In this document: positions 12,086-24,129 of the stretch, in pieces | How the letters are laid out: every line of letters starts with the position of its first letter | Numbering within the stretch: the first letter of the stretch is position 1 | Origin: Lama guanicoe | Taxonomy: Eukaryota | Direction: 5' to 3' | DNA: 64,000 nt | NCBI GenBank assembly: GCA_013239625.1 | Contig: MU054338.1 | Span: 4,365,371 to 4,429,370 of the forward strand | Notes under the pieces: model-generated | Database searches by the model: none | What the model was told of the DNA's origin: nothing | Seen by the model: only the letters and a program-made list of their open reading frames with translations | Position numbers and translations under genes: made by a program

Positions 12086-15000
12086 GCACCCATATTCTTG
12101 TGCACTGCTTTTTTGGAAAAAAAGAACCCTGGAAACATGGAAACTTCCCCAGAAGCGTTCTAGGGGGACCGAAAACTGGAAGAGACTTGAGTCCTGTTCT
12201 TCATTGTAGAGAGACTACAGGTCCCCCAAAGGAAATGACTCAAAGATGTCTCTGGGCAGTTGAAGCCACAGACAACCTCAAAGAATTTCCTGTGCCCAAA
12301 CCTGGCTAAAAATCGGCCTCATGAGCAAGGCTCAGGAGTAGCAGAGAATGCACCACTCTTAGGTCACAAGTACAAAAGTGGCGGGCTGATGGATCAGCAG
12401 TGGGCTGGGTGCACCTGTGGGTGAATCAACAAGAAACAGATGGATCCTTTCCTCACCCTTAATGCCTTGGCATTTCCTAAGCTCCCTCGAATTTTGACAG
12501 TCTTGGGAAAGGAGCATGTGGGGAAGGATGGCTCCCAACGGACTGATATCAAGATCTCAGCATCTTAGTACACAGGCATCTTTGCATCAGTGAAACTGCA
12601 TTATGAGTAAAAAGGAAGGTGAATTATTTTCATACCTGGTAAGTGGAGATTCACTTTTGCTGCACACATGTCTCAGTTTGGGCTCCCTCAGAGGCAGAGC
12701 CTGAGAAAAGGATGTGGGGACAGACCCTTCCTCCTGAAGGAACACAGCCCTGCCAACACCTTGATTTTAGTCCTACAAGACTCATTTCTGACTTCTGACT
12801 TCTAGAACCATAAGATGACACAATTAGTATTGTTTTAAGCAGCAATAGGAGACTAAAACAACTATGAATTCTTGTTCTTGAAATTCATGGTCATCTCAGG
12901 CTGTCACATATTTTCTCACCTTCGATGGAGAAGTGGCAACCTCTCTATGCCTAATTTCTCCATTATAACAGTACCCCCTACAGGGTCACTGTGAGAATTG
13001 AATGAGTTACTGTGAATTAATGCACTTAGCACAGTGCCTGGCATGCAGTGAGGACCTTCGAAGTGTGACCTGTAATTAATGGTCATTGTTACTTTAAGAA
13101 AAACAACAATACAGACATGATGATGAAAGGCACCTGACAAGGAGACCACGAGGGGTGGTGGACACTGGGGCGAGCTGGTGTGTGCACGCCCCACCCAAAG
13201 GAGGAAGCCCCTTCCCGACCTGGGTGGTTGCCACAGCCTCCAACTTTGCAAGAAAATCCACAAGTAAGGATTTGTCCACGTGCAAAGTTTTGCAATGTTT
13301 AAATATTGGCTACAAATTCCCGTTTTAAAAACACACGCAGTGACTAGATGCGGTCTCTGGATGTAAGGTCACCTTGTTGTAACGACTGAAAAGAATCCGA
13401 AGTTTGAAAGCGCACGTGATTACAACCAGACCCGCAGAAAGAACGCCCACGGATTCATCTAAGGGCTCAAGAGCTCACTGTGGACCAAGCTCTGGGAAAA
13501 TGATCAAAGGCTCAGATCATTTCATTTCACGAGAACCAGGGTAGGGTAGAAGCCACTGTTCATCCTGTTTCACACACAAGGAAACCCAGGAAGCCAAGGA
13601 CCGAGCTCAAGATCCCCGGGCTGGGACACGGCGGCGCAGGGGATTGAACCCGGGTCCCCGTCTCCAGGGCGAGCCGCGTTCTGCTTCTCGGAGCGGACGC
13701 GTCTCGGCGTTTGAACGCAGCCGTCTGCAGCGGGGAGGGCCACGGTGTCACCACAGGAAATTAAGAAACAATTTAATCACCATTATTTTTCCTTCTATTA
13801 CCCCTGTATCTTGGCAAGAGAGGAAGAGAAGGGGGAGAGTTTCCTGCCCGGCGCTGGGGGGAGGGTGAGGAGAGCCGGCTCTGAGTCTTGAAAGAGTTGA
13901 CCTGGGGGGAAGGGGAGGGGGAAATCTGAAAAGACAGCAGAGCACGAGAGGCGAAAGCGGAAATCAAGTAGATAGACTTCTAAGAAGTTGTAAAATAGGT
14001 CAGTGGCCGGGCTGGGGGCCTCCTGCTCCCACTTTGCCTGAAAGCAAGCTGGGGACCAGGGCCCTTGCTGCGCCAGCCTCCGCCTGCAGGGCTCTCTGCC
14101 TCCTTCCTCGTCTCCCTGCTCCGTCTTTCCCTCCCTCCCTCTCTTTCCATCTCGCTCCGACCCTTCTGCATCTCTGCCCACCTCAAGGCTGGGAGGCCCC
14201 TCCTGGGAAGGGTCTTCCGACACTGAACTTAGCGAGAGGTTCCATCCCCTGGCAGATATTAGTGGCTGCTGGTGGCTTTGATAAATTCTCCACACCTTGG
14301 TCTGCTCATCAAAGCCACGGAAACAGAAAGACCATGATGAGAACAGAGGAAACTCCAGCGTGGGCTGGGGCGGGCGTGGGGGGCTGTCTCACCTCCCACC
14401 AGCCCAGCCAAGGCAGAGAGGCATGAAGCCGCGTGCCCTCAGCGGGGGCAGAGGGGAGGTGCCCCCTGCCTCAGTCTCCACATCTGGAATATGGGGGCAA
14501 CAACAGCTCCTGCCCGTGGATGGAGCTGAGGACGTGACTCACACGAGATGCCTGGCATAGGGAAAGTGCCTGGCAAGCGCTCTTCTTAATATTTCTAAAT
14601 GACTTAAGGCACTCACACACAGAAGGGGCTCTCACTTTATGCCAGCACCATATCAAATGGTGCCTCATCAGGTTTCCTTATCTGATTTAATCTTTACAAT
14701 AAACCTAGGAGGTGAGGACTGTGGCCACCTCCCACTTACAGATGAGGAAACTGAGGCACTTGCTCCAGGTCACACAGCCAGGAAGTGGCAGAGTAGAATT
14801 GGAACCAAGCCATTTCCCTTCACCCCAGCACCAGGCAACAATGTCAACAATTACAATAATAATTTATCCACCTCTGGGGTCTGAGCCTTCATCCCAGGGT
14901 CCAGGGAAGTCTTACTTCGTGGGTTCATGCTCATTTGCATGAACCATCTGGTTTGTATGCTTATCATCAGCTGCGCCTCCCCACACTCCATGCTCTGAGT

Positions 15001-15431
15001 TACTCCAAGCTGGGTAGCCTGCCGGTCTGGGCTGGATGCCTGCAACAAGTGTTCTTGAAAGTACATGGCCTCTATTTCCTCAGAAATTGTGGATTTGAGG
15101 GGCAGGCAGACCTGCATGAACTCTCTGGCTTCCCCTCTAAGCTTCCTGTGTGGAGCTGGGCCAGCTGGCTTTGGCTTCTCATCCGTAAAGTGACCTCTGC
15201 AGGCCAGTCCTTCTATCCCTGTGCCTCTATGAGCCACCCTTCCCCTGAGAACGCCGTGGTCAAGGGGCCCAGGGACACAGACCAAGTCTGGTCCTCACCC
15301 CAGGATGTGTTCATCTTGGTTGGGAGGAACTTCAGGCTGTGTGTGTGTCTGTGTGTGTGTGTGTGTTTGTCATTGTGATGCTGTGTGTGTGTGTAATGGG
15401 ACTGACCATGCTATAGCAGGGGGAAGCCTGA

Positions 15432-15541
15432 TTCTTTTCTTTTTTTTAAACTTTTTAAAGAATGGAGGTACTGGGGATGGAACCCAGGACCTCACGCATG
15501 CTAAGCATTCGCTCTACCACTGAGCTATGACCCTCCCCCAC
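15432..15541 (-). mobile_element. Camelid tRNA-derived SINE (Vic-1-like)
   Basis: Reverse complement of ggggagggtcatagctcagtggtagag...cctgggttccatccccagtacctcc with a T-tail. Confidence 0.85.
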
Positions 15542-15853
15542 CCAAAGTCTGGTGTGACAAGCATTGCATCCATGTGTCACATGGTGTGGCTGTGTGGGCC
15601 GTGTGGGTGACTAAGGTTGTGATGATGATTTGTGTGTGGTTGTGTCATAAGTGGTTGTAATGCAGTGTTCGTGCCAGAGGGTTTGCGATGCTGTCTGTGA
15701 CTTGTGTGAGGTTGGGTGAGAATGTGATGCTTTGTGTGTATGTGTCTGTGGTTGTGAAGGAGTGACTGAGCTCGTGGAGATGTGATTCTCCGTGATGCTG
15801 GAGCTGTGGTGAAGGTTTCTTTCTTTTTTTTTTTTTTTCCAAGCAATCACTGT

Positions 15854-15859
15854 TTTATT
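15854..15859 (-). terminator. Candidate TNFSF14 polyadenylation signal AATAAA
   Basis: First canonical AATAAA on minus after the stop (~1.1 kb away); it lies in an oppositely oriented L1 3' fragment. Confidence 0.45.
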
Positions 15860-16029
15860 CATAATAGCCAAAAACTGGACACAGATCTGAATGTCCTTCA
15901 GTGAGTGAATGTTTAAACAAACTGTGGTATGTGTACACTAGGAAAGACTGTTCAGCAATTAATAGGAAATAAAGTATTTTAAAAAGACAGCTTTACTAAG
16001 ATATAAATTCACATATATGATGGAGGTGG

Positions 16030-16200
16030 TTTCTTTCTTTCTTTCTTTTTCTTTGTTTCTCTTTTTTCTCTCTCTCTCTTCCTTCCTTCCTCCCTCCTTC
16101 CTTTCTCTCTCTCTCTTTCTTTCTCTCTGTATTTCTGTCTTTCTTTCTTTCCTCCCTCACCTTCCCTCCCTCCTTCCTTCCTTTGTTCTCTTTTTCTTTC
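16030..16200. repeat. TC/TTTC polypyrimidine simple repeat
   Basis: About 170 nt of almost pure C/T. Confidence 0.9.
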
Positions 16201-16981
16201 TGCAGACATTTTCCAAGTGCCTGATGCGGGGATCTGGCTTGGGTGCCGAAATAGCCACGGTGCCCTGGAGGAAGCTGAGCGCTTCGCAGTGCCAGCACAC
16301 AGCCAGCCGGGACACTAGTAGCCAGAAACCAGCCTCCGTGGGACTGTTTGTCTCCTGGATACGAGAGCCAGTCGCAGCAGCCCATCAGCCAGCACATCGC
16401 GGTGACTGTGTCTCTGAGTGGACCTTCGTGGCCAGGTGGAGACGCGGCCACAGCGCGTGGCTGGGGCTGGGGTACGTGACTGTGACCGTGGGCGGGGCGG
16501 GGCGGGGCTCCCCACGTGGGTGAGTCTTGATGATAAATCTCCCTCCCCGCACCACCCCGCCCGCACTGAGAGAGTGGGGAGGATGCTGTTTCCTGCCCAC
16601 TGCCAAGTCCCTGGGCCCCCAAGTCCCGCTGTCCTCCGAGTCGGGAGTATAAATACCCACCCCTCACCCCTTCTTCCTGAATATCAGGCAGATGAGCTTC
16701 ACCCCTGCCTGGGGGCCAGCAGTCCCCTGAGTCTCCGGGTCGGGGTCTGCAGTGCTGAGCATGGTGGGGTCTGCAGGTCCCCTTGGTTCTCCGGAGGTGC
16801 CGGCTGGGTCTTTAACTTCTTGGGTGGCTGGGTTCTTGCCCCTGGTGGTCGCCACTGAGCGTTGCACCCGCTGAGTTTGGGGCTCCCACGGGCACGCTGC
16901 GAAATCTCCGCTTGTTGGGTTGCCGGTCTCCCGAGGCGCCCTCTGAGGTCTCCCCCGTTCCAGTCACCACCGCTCCTTCCT

Positions 16982-19854
16982 TCACACCATGAACGCCCCG
17001 AAATAGGAGCGCGTGCCGTCGCGGAGCCGGACCAGGCGCTCGTCCGGCAGGCGCACCACCACCTCCTCGCCGGCGTCCAGGTGGACCAGTCCGCCCAGGA
17101 AGCTGCTGTCCCACCAGACCCGGGAGCTGCTGACCCGCCCGCAGGGGGACCGCCGGCTGACCAGCAGCTCCAGCTCCTCGGGGTAGCGCGCCGTGCGCTT
17201 GTAGAGGCCGTGGGTGATGGGCAGGCCGCCGGTCAGGCCCTGCGGGCAGCCCACGCCGCCCAGCTGCACCTTGGAGTAGATGTAATAGTAGCCCGTCTGG
17301 GCGATCACCAGGGCGCCGTCCCTGTAGGCGAGGCCCCTCAGGAAGGCCAGACCCAGCTCCGTCTCCCACAGCAGCGGGCCCCCGCTGCCCGTCAGGCTGG
17401 AGTTGGCCCCTGCGGAGGGGGACGAAGGCTTGCTGTGTGGCCCTGAGCCCGCCGCCACGCCTCTCTGAGACCCATTCCCTCTGCGCCAGGCTGTGTGAGA
17501 GCTTTAGACGGACGACCTCACTGCAGCCTCACTTTACGGGCGGGGAAACTGGCAAAATAACTTGCTGACCATGCATCTTAATGTGTTTTTCCTCCCCTTC
17601 CAGCAGTCGGGGAAACTGAGGCACGGAGCAATCAAGTGACTTGCCCAGAGCGTCAAAACAGGCGCAGAACTGAGGAGTTGAGGCAGAACACGTTCTGGTT
17701 TGGCAGCCTCATAACCTCTATGTGCCTCAGTCTCCCTTTCTGTAAAATGGAGAGAACAGTCCCCGCTAAGGATCTAATGAATTAATAACGTATAGAGCAC
17801 ATCACCGTGCGCGACAGGGCAGTGCAGTATAAGGGTTTATTCAATAAACAAAATTAGAAATTAATGGACCTAGGGGGTGCCTGTGTGCTGAGCAACTCTG
17901 CATAATCACTGAGTGAAGGAAGGGGTCCTCTGACATGGGGTGTCTGTCTGGTGTCCCCAGAACATGCTGACCCCCGCCCCGTGGCAGGGCTCGGGATCCC
18001 CCTCACCTGTGAGGTGTGCTGCGGGGTTGGCTTGCTGGGGCCTCCGCTCTGGGGAGAGAGGGTCGGAGGTCAGAGGTGAAGGCAGTGGTGGGAGCAAGGG
18101 CCAGCACCCAGAGAGGTCAGCAAGTCCATCTCCCGGTGTCAGCCCTGCCCTTTCCGGAGCGCCCCAAACTTCTGCTTCTCCGCCATCTGTGGGGCCTGGG
18201 CCGGTTGTGCAAATCACATTGGGCAATGGGCTGAGGGTGTGGGGGCAGCAGCGTGGGAACCAGCCCGACCCCTTCCCCGGGCACCAGGACCCTGACCCAC
18301 CTTGCACCAGCTGCTCCCAGGATCCCGCACGTCTGTCCTAAAAATGCAGAGCAGCCCCTGGTGAGGACCTGCGGGCCCCGTGCCCTGGCATCACTCAGAC
18401 TGGTGGCCAAGAGACACACGCAGGCCATGGGCACAGACACCACCCTCAGATGTATCCAAGGCCATGTGCACACTGCCCCCTCACCCCGGTTCCTGCCCCA
18501 CAGCAGACTCATAACCGCCCAGTGCCTCAGCTTTCCCCTCCATAAATGGACATGAATAGTGCCTGCTTAGGATTCAGCAAATCTACACGTGAAAAGCATA
18601 TTACACTGCCTGGCGCGTAGCAAGCACTATGTAAGGGTTTACTAAATCAGTGATATCAGAGACACTCGAACACCCTAATGGCTGGACGCTTGGATGTAAA
18701 TGCTAACACGTGGGTATGGACACATGACTCGGGGCACAGACCCGGATGCTTACGTGACACACTGACAAGACACACGTGGATGCAGACACGTGGATACACA
18801 GTTTGGGGATCCACGTGCGTCCATGCACACAGAGACCCAGACACAAGGACCTGCCAACAGTTAACACACGGGCTGTAGATGGGCAAGTAGGTGGACACAC
18901 AGGTACACATATGCAGACAGCAGCAGGGGTCCGCGTGGGCCTGTGGCCATCACATCTAGCCTGAAAGAGGAGGAGAACAGACCTGGAAACACAAAAAAGG
19001 CCAAGACCACATGGGCATGGTGTGGACCAAACAGCCCCACAGGTGTGGCCGATGGACAGAGACGTCCGCAGCCAACAGGGAACTGACACAGATTGTCACA
19101 GTAGATAATGGCAATCAGGGTGTGGCTGATAATAATCTGCAAAGTCAGAATGTGGGTTCTGGGGCTTCCAGACAGCACAACTGTATTAGAAACATTCAGC
19201 TTCCTAAGAGACTAGATTTTATTTGTCCCCATCACTTGAGGAAATAACGATGTGACACCAGAGAGGCGTTAGCTAACGCTACGCTGGCAACCCTACTGCA
19301 ATATAAATGTATCAGATCAACACATTGTACACCTTAAGCTCACACAACATTCTATGTCAATTATATCTCAATAATTAAAAACAGAATGTTGGTCCCCACT
19401 GGTTGAACGCTTGCCGTGATCCAGCCGGGCGCCACCTGGGCTACGTCGTATTTTATTCCCTACAGGGTCACTCATTATCATGCCCATTTCACAGATGAGG
19501 AACCTGAGGGTCAGAGAGGTGAATTAATTTGCCCTGGGCTGCTCTTAGTCTGTCATCCGTTCTGCACATACACACACAGAGACGCACTGTGGCACAGGAG
19601 ACCCACGGGCTTTGAGCACCCCCAGCGCCACTTACCTGCAGAGGGACGATCACCGCCTCCAGGCGCCAGTGCAGCTGCAGGAGGAACCAGCCCTGCACCG
19701 CCAGGCCGGCCGCCAGCAGCAGCAGCAGGAGGCCCAGGCCCAGCCGGGCAACACTGCAGGGCTGCTTTCGGCGGCTGCGCCCCAGCCTCGTGAACGGGAT
19801 GTCTGTCTGTCCATCCACCACGAACACCGAGGGCCGCACGGCTGTCTCCTCCAT
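16982..19854 (-). CDS. TNFSF14: TNF superfamily member 14 (LIGHT/CD258), type II membrane ligand, 241 aa, 4 coding exons
   Basis: Exons (minus): 19636-19854, 18301-18337, 18007-18048, 16982-17409, all GT-AG and in phase, total 726 nt. Protein starts [25 protein letters not shown], has a TM segment [22 protein letters not shown], stalk [27 protein letters not shown] and a TNF domain ([14 protein letters not shown]...[10 protein letters not shown]...WWDSSFLGG...RSYFGAFMV*). Confidence 0.98.
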
Positions 19855-19959
19855 GCCTGAGTGGACGAGGCGCCACGACGCCCCGGGCTGGGCTGGCACG
19901 CCTGGCTCCTGCGAGGCCCGGAGGAAACCACAATTGCCCCACCCTCCCGGGCTTTGCGC

Positions 19960-20170
19960 GCTGCAGACAGGCGCCCCTGGGTACCCGGGCTGCCTTTAGA
20001 GCTGGGGCTCAGCCCCTCCCCTTTCCCCACTCGCTCTCCTCTTCTTCCTGTCCGCCCACCCTCGGCCCGGCCCATCTTACTCTCACTCATCTGATCTCTC
20101 ACACTTTCCAGAGGCTTCTGAAGATGTGACTCACGTGGGGATGGGAGAGGGAAGGGCCCAGCTTTCCTTT
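19960..20170 (-). promoter_or_regulatory. TNFSF14 proximal promoter region
   Basis: GC-rich and immediately 5' of exon 1. AP-1 TGACTCA 20127-20133 overlaps E-box CACGTG 20132-20137; NFAT/NF-kB-like GGAAAGTG near 20102-20109. Confidence 0.55.
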
Positions 20171-20751
20171 TTGGCCTTGTCGTTCACCAGGTTGCCAAAT
20201 ATTTATCGAGCACCTCCTGTGTGCCAGGCCCTGTTCTAGGTCTGGGGGTGCAGCCATGAGCAAGAGAGACAGAAGTCTCAGTCTTGTGGCTCCCTGATTC
20301 TAGTGGGCTGAGAAAGACAATGAGCCTAATAAATGAGAAAACACTATACAGTGTTGGAGATGGTGATAAAAGCAGTGCAAAACACTAGAGTGGCTTGTGT
20401 GTGTGCTGTTTATATATATAGTGTGGGCATGCAGGTGTGCACAGGCGCCAGCATGCATGTATGTGTGCAGGTGCACACACAGCGTGGGCATGCAGGTGTC
20501 TGCACGTGTGTACATGTGCTTGCATGGCTGTATGCACATGTGTGTGCATGCATACAAGTTTTCATCAGAACTCACAGTCGAATGGTGGAGTCACTGTCCA
20601 CTCAGTTAACTACACCCAAGGCCTGGGAATCATCCTGGACCCCTCCCTTCGTCCTGTCACTACATCTCACCCCCAGCAAGCTCTGTCAGCTCAACCTCCA
20701 AACCAGACCTGAATCCAGCCACCTGTTTCCATCTGCACACTGGTTAAGTCC

Positions 20752-21095
20752 TATGGACTGAACGATTGTGTCCTCTCTCCCCCTAAATTGATATGTTGAT
20801 GCCCTAACCCCCAGTGTGATGGGCTGTGGTGGTGGAGCCTTTGGGAGGTGCTAGGGCAGGAGGGTGGGGCCCTCCTGAATTGCATTAGTGCCCTTCTAAG
20901 ATGAGACATGAAGGATATGCTCTCACTCCCTCTCTGCCGTGGGAGGACACAGAGAAGGAGGCCGTGTACAAGCCAGGAAGAGGGCTCTCAGTGGAACCCA
21001 ACCCCACAGGCACCCTGATCTCAAATTTCTAGCCTCTAGATCTGTGAGAAATAAATGTCTGTTGTTCAAGCCACTCAGTCTAGGGTATCTAAGAC
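20752..21095 (+). mobile_element. MLT1A/B-type MaLR LTR
   Basis: tatggactgaacgattgtgtcc...ctaacccccagtgtgatg...gcaccctgatctc...tgtgagaaataaatgtctgttgttcaagccac. Confidence 0.8.
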
Positions 21096-22729
21096 ACTGA
21101 GGCAGCCATCATTTTTTGCTTGGACTGTTGCAGTAGCTTCCCACCCGGACCTCCTGCTTTACCACTTGTCATTTTATAATTCATTCTCTATCCTTGAATT
21201 AGGGTGACCTTGCTCATTTATTTCTGATTTTATTTTATTGAGGTAAATTCACACAACATAAAACAAACCATTTAGAAGGAGCAACTCAGTGTCATTAAGC
21301 ACATTTACAATGTTGTGCAACTCTTATCTTGTTCCCAAGAATTTCAGTGCCTCAAAAGTTAACCTGATAACCATTAAGCAGTCATTTCCTATCCCCAATT
21401 CTCCCCAAAAACCTGGCAACCACTAGTCTGCTTTCCTACTCTATGCATTTACCTGTTACAGACACTCAAAAAAAAAAAAAAAAAGGAAATACACCCTATG
21501 TGGTCTTTTGTGTCTCGCTCCTTTCACCAGATATAATGCTTGCAAGGTCCTTTTACATTGTAGCATGTGTCAGTGCTTCAGTCCTTTTTAAGGCTGAGTA
21601 ATACTCCATTATATGGATGAACCACATTTTACTTATCCATTCAACCATTAATGGACATTTAAGTCATTTCTGCCTTTTGGCTCCTGTGAAAATCACTGCT
21701 ATGAGGAAGTGTGTGCGTGTATTTGTCTGAGTACCAGGTCTCGATTCTTTTGGGAATATACCTAAGATTGGAATTGCTGACATCAGCTTTTTAAACACCT
21801 ATGTCAGTTCTCATCTCTTCCCTGTTTAAAATCTTCCAGTGGCTTCCCATTGAGCTTACAGGGGTTAGCAAATTACGGCTTGTGGGTCAAATCCAGCCAA
21901 GCTCCTGTTCTGTCCAGGCATAGAAGCTGCTCTTGGAAGCCGGCACTTTAGTGTGCTCTGGAGTCCCAGATGGGGCATCCCCCCTGCCCCCTCTTCCCGA
22001 GTTTGCTCCCAGTACCAGCCTTCCTGGCCAGCAGCCAAAGCTCGCTGACGCCCATGCCTTGTGTTGGTCTCATTGGCTTCCACCGACATGTTGGAGTGTC
22101 CTCTGTTGACAACCGTTGGGCACTGAATGGATGTATCTCATTCTGGGGGTTTGTGACGCACGCAGCCTGTTGCCTCACCTCTGGACAGCAAATCCAGATG
22201 AGACAGCTGGGCCTTGGAAAGGAGAGGTTGGCTGGGATCTGGGTATCACTGGAGCAGAGAGAAAAACTGGCCTCAGTGGTCACCCCTCACCTTCTCCACT
22301 TGCCTGGACCTCCAAGCAGTGGGTCCACCACCCTTCATCCAGAGAGTACCTCCAGCAGCCAGGCACAAATCCTGGCCACCATCTTGGATGGCCCACCCCA
22401 AGCAAAGAGGGCATATGGAGGATGGAAGCTTCCTCTTGTTTTATAAGTACCTTTGTAATATCCTCTATTTTATCTCTTGGTCCTCAAAGGCTAAATTATT
22501 TAGTATATGGGCCTTTATAGGAAAAGGGCTATCCCTTGAGCTAAGAATAGACAGTAAGTGGTTTTCACCGTCTTGAAGTCCTCGCAGTCTGGTTACTCTG
22601 TCCAAGGCACCCGGGCCTTTCGCATTGCTCTTCCCTCTGTGTGGAACAGTCTTTTCCAGATCCTCATGGCTGGCCCCGCCTTGTCATTTATTTCTTGACT
22701 CTTCACAGAAGCCTTCCTTGACCACTTGT

Positions 22730-23250
22730 ATTATGCAAGGTTTGTCAGAGAAACAGAACTGATAGTATATCTCTGTCTCCAATCTCTGTCTCTAATTGCT
22801 ATCTATCTATTATCTATCCATCTACTATTTACCTATTTATCTATTTTTATAGAGAAAAAGAGAGAGAGAGAGAGAGGTTTAAGGAAATAATTCATGAGAT
22901 TTTGCTGCTTGGCAAATCTGAAATCTGTAGGACAAGCCAGCAGGTTGGAGATTCAGTTAAGAGTTGATGTTGTGGTCTTGAGTCTGAAGATGACAAACTC
23001 AGGTAGAATTTCTATGCCGCCATCTGGAATTTTTTCCTCCTCAGGAAACCTATATTTTCTATTCAGCCCTTCAACTGACTGCATAAGGCCCACACACATT
23101 ATCAAGGGTAATCTGCTTTTAAAGTCAACTGACTGTACGTGTGAATCATATCCTAAAAAATATCTTCATAGCAACATTTAGGCTGGTGTTTGACCAAGCA
23201 GCTGGTCACCACAGCCTAGCCAAAGTGACACGTGAAATGAACCATCCTTC
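22730..23250 (-). mobile_element. MLT2 (ERVL) LTR
   Basis: cagagaaacagaac...ggcaaatctgaaatctgtaggacaagccagcagg...agcctagccaaagtgacac, with internal (TATC)/(AG) repeats typical of MLT2. Confidence 0.75.
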
Positions 23251-24129
23251 AATCTAAATGACTGCTGGTGGCTTCCCCATGTCACTCTGTTCTCTTTTCC
23301 TTTTTGGACACCCCCACTGTATGAAATCAACTCCATGCTGTCTTTAGAATGTAATTTCATAAGACCCTGTCTGAGCTGTTCACAGCCTGGAACCACAGGC
23401 ACTCAAACAACACCACGCCATGCATTAAAGAAATGAAGAAAATGAATTCCAGGGCAGAAGAAAGGGGACATGAACAAGAAAAGAAGTGAGAAATCAGTCA
23501 TAAAGGAGGACGGGGCCCAGCAGATGTCAGCTGGGACACCATGTGTGTGATGAGGATCTCTGAGTCTCCCTTTGACAGGGGTCTCTGGCAGTAGGGGGCT
23601 GGAGGGAGGGGTGGGCTGTGAACCGATTTCCCTCAGATTTCTGGAGTTGGGAGGTTGAGGATTCTAGGACCTGGGGTCTTAGGGGAAGGGGTCTATGCTG
23701 GGATGACTTCCAGGTCCAGGGTTTTTTCTGTAATAACCTGACCCAGAGGCCTAGCCTGGATCTCACCCTCAACGGTCCTCAAGAACCACACGAGGAGTTA
23801 GAAGAGGCATTTGGTGTCCCTTGGCAGCCAGTGGTCTCAGTTGCTTGTGGCTGGCACCCCACCATTTGTTTCTGGTGAGTCTGTGACCAAAACAGCCCCC
23901 ATACTCCTTCCTCAACTGCTGATTCACGTCTTCTCCTGGCTTGGTGGCTCCCTCAGGGCTCCAGCCAGAGATATCACCCTGCGTGCCCCTTACTGCCCCC
24001 TCCTGGCACAGCCGCCTCATACAATCCTACCGGTCTGTTCAGGCCCATCTAGAAACTGGTGACCGGGAGGGTATGGTGAACATAGAGGACAGCAGATGGA
24101 ATGCAGTGGAGACAGGAAATGGAGTGAGA

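Noticed and set aside
13620..13690. tRNA-like B box (GGTTCAATCCC on minus)
   Set aside because: No cloverleaf; the context continues as a MIR-like SINE.
15996..16667. 223-aa ORF with K/E/R-rich tail
   Set aside because: The tail is a translated TC microsatellite inside the TNFSF14 3' UTR.
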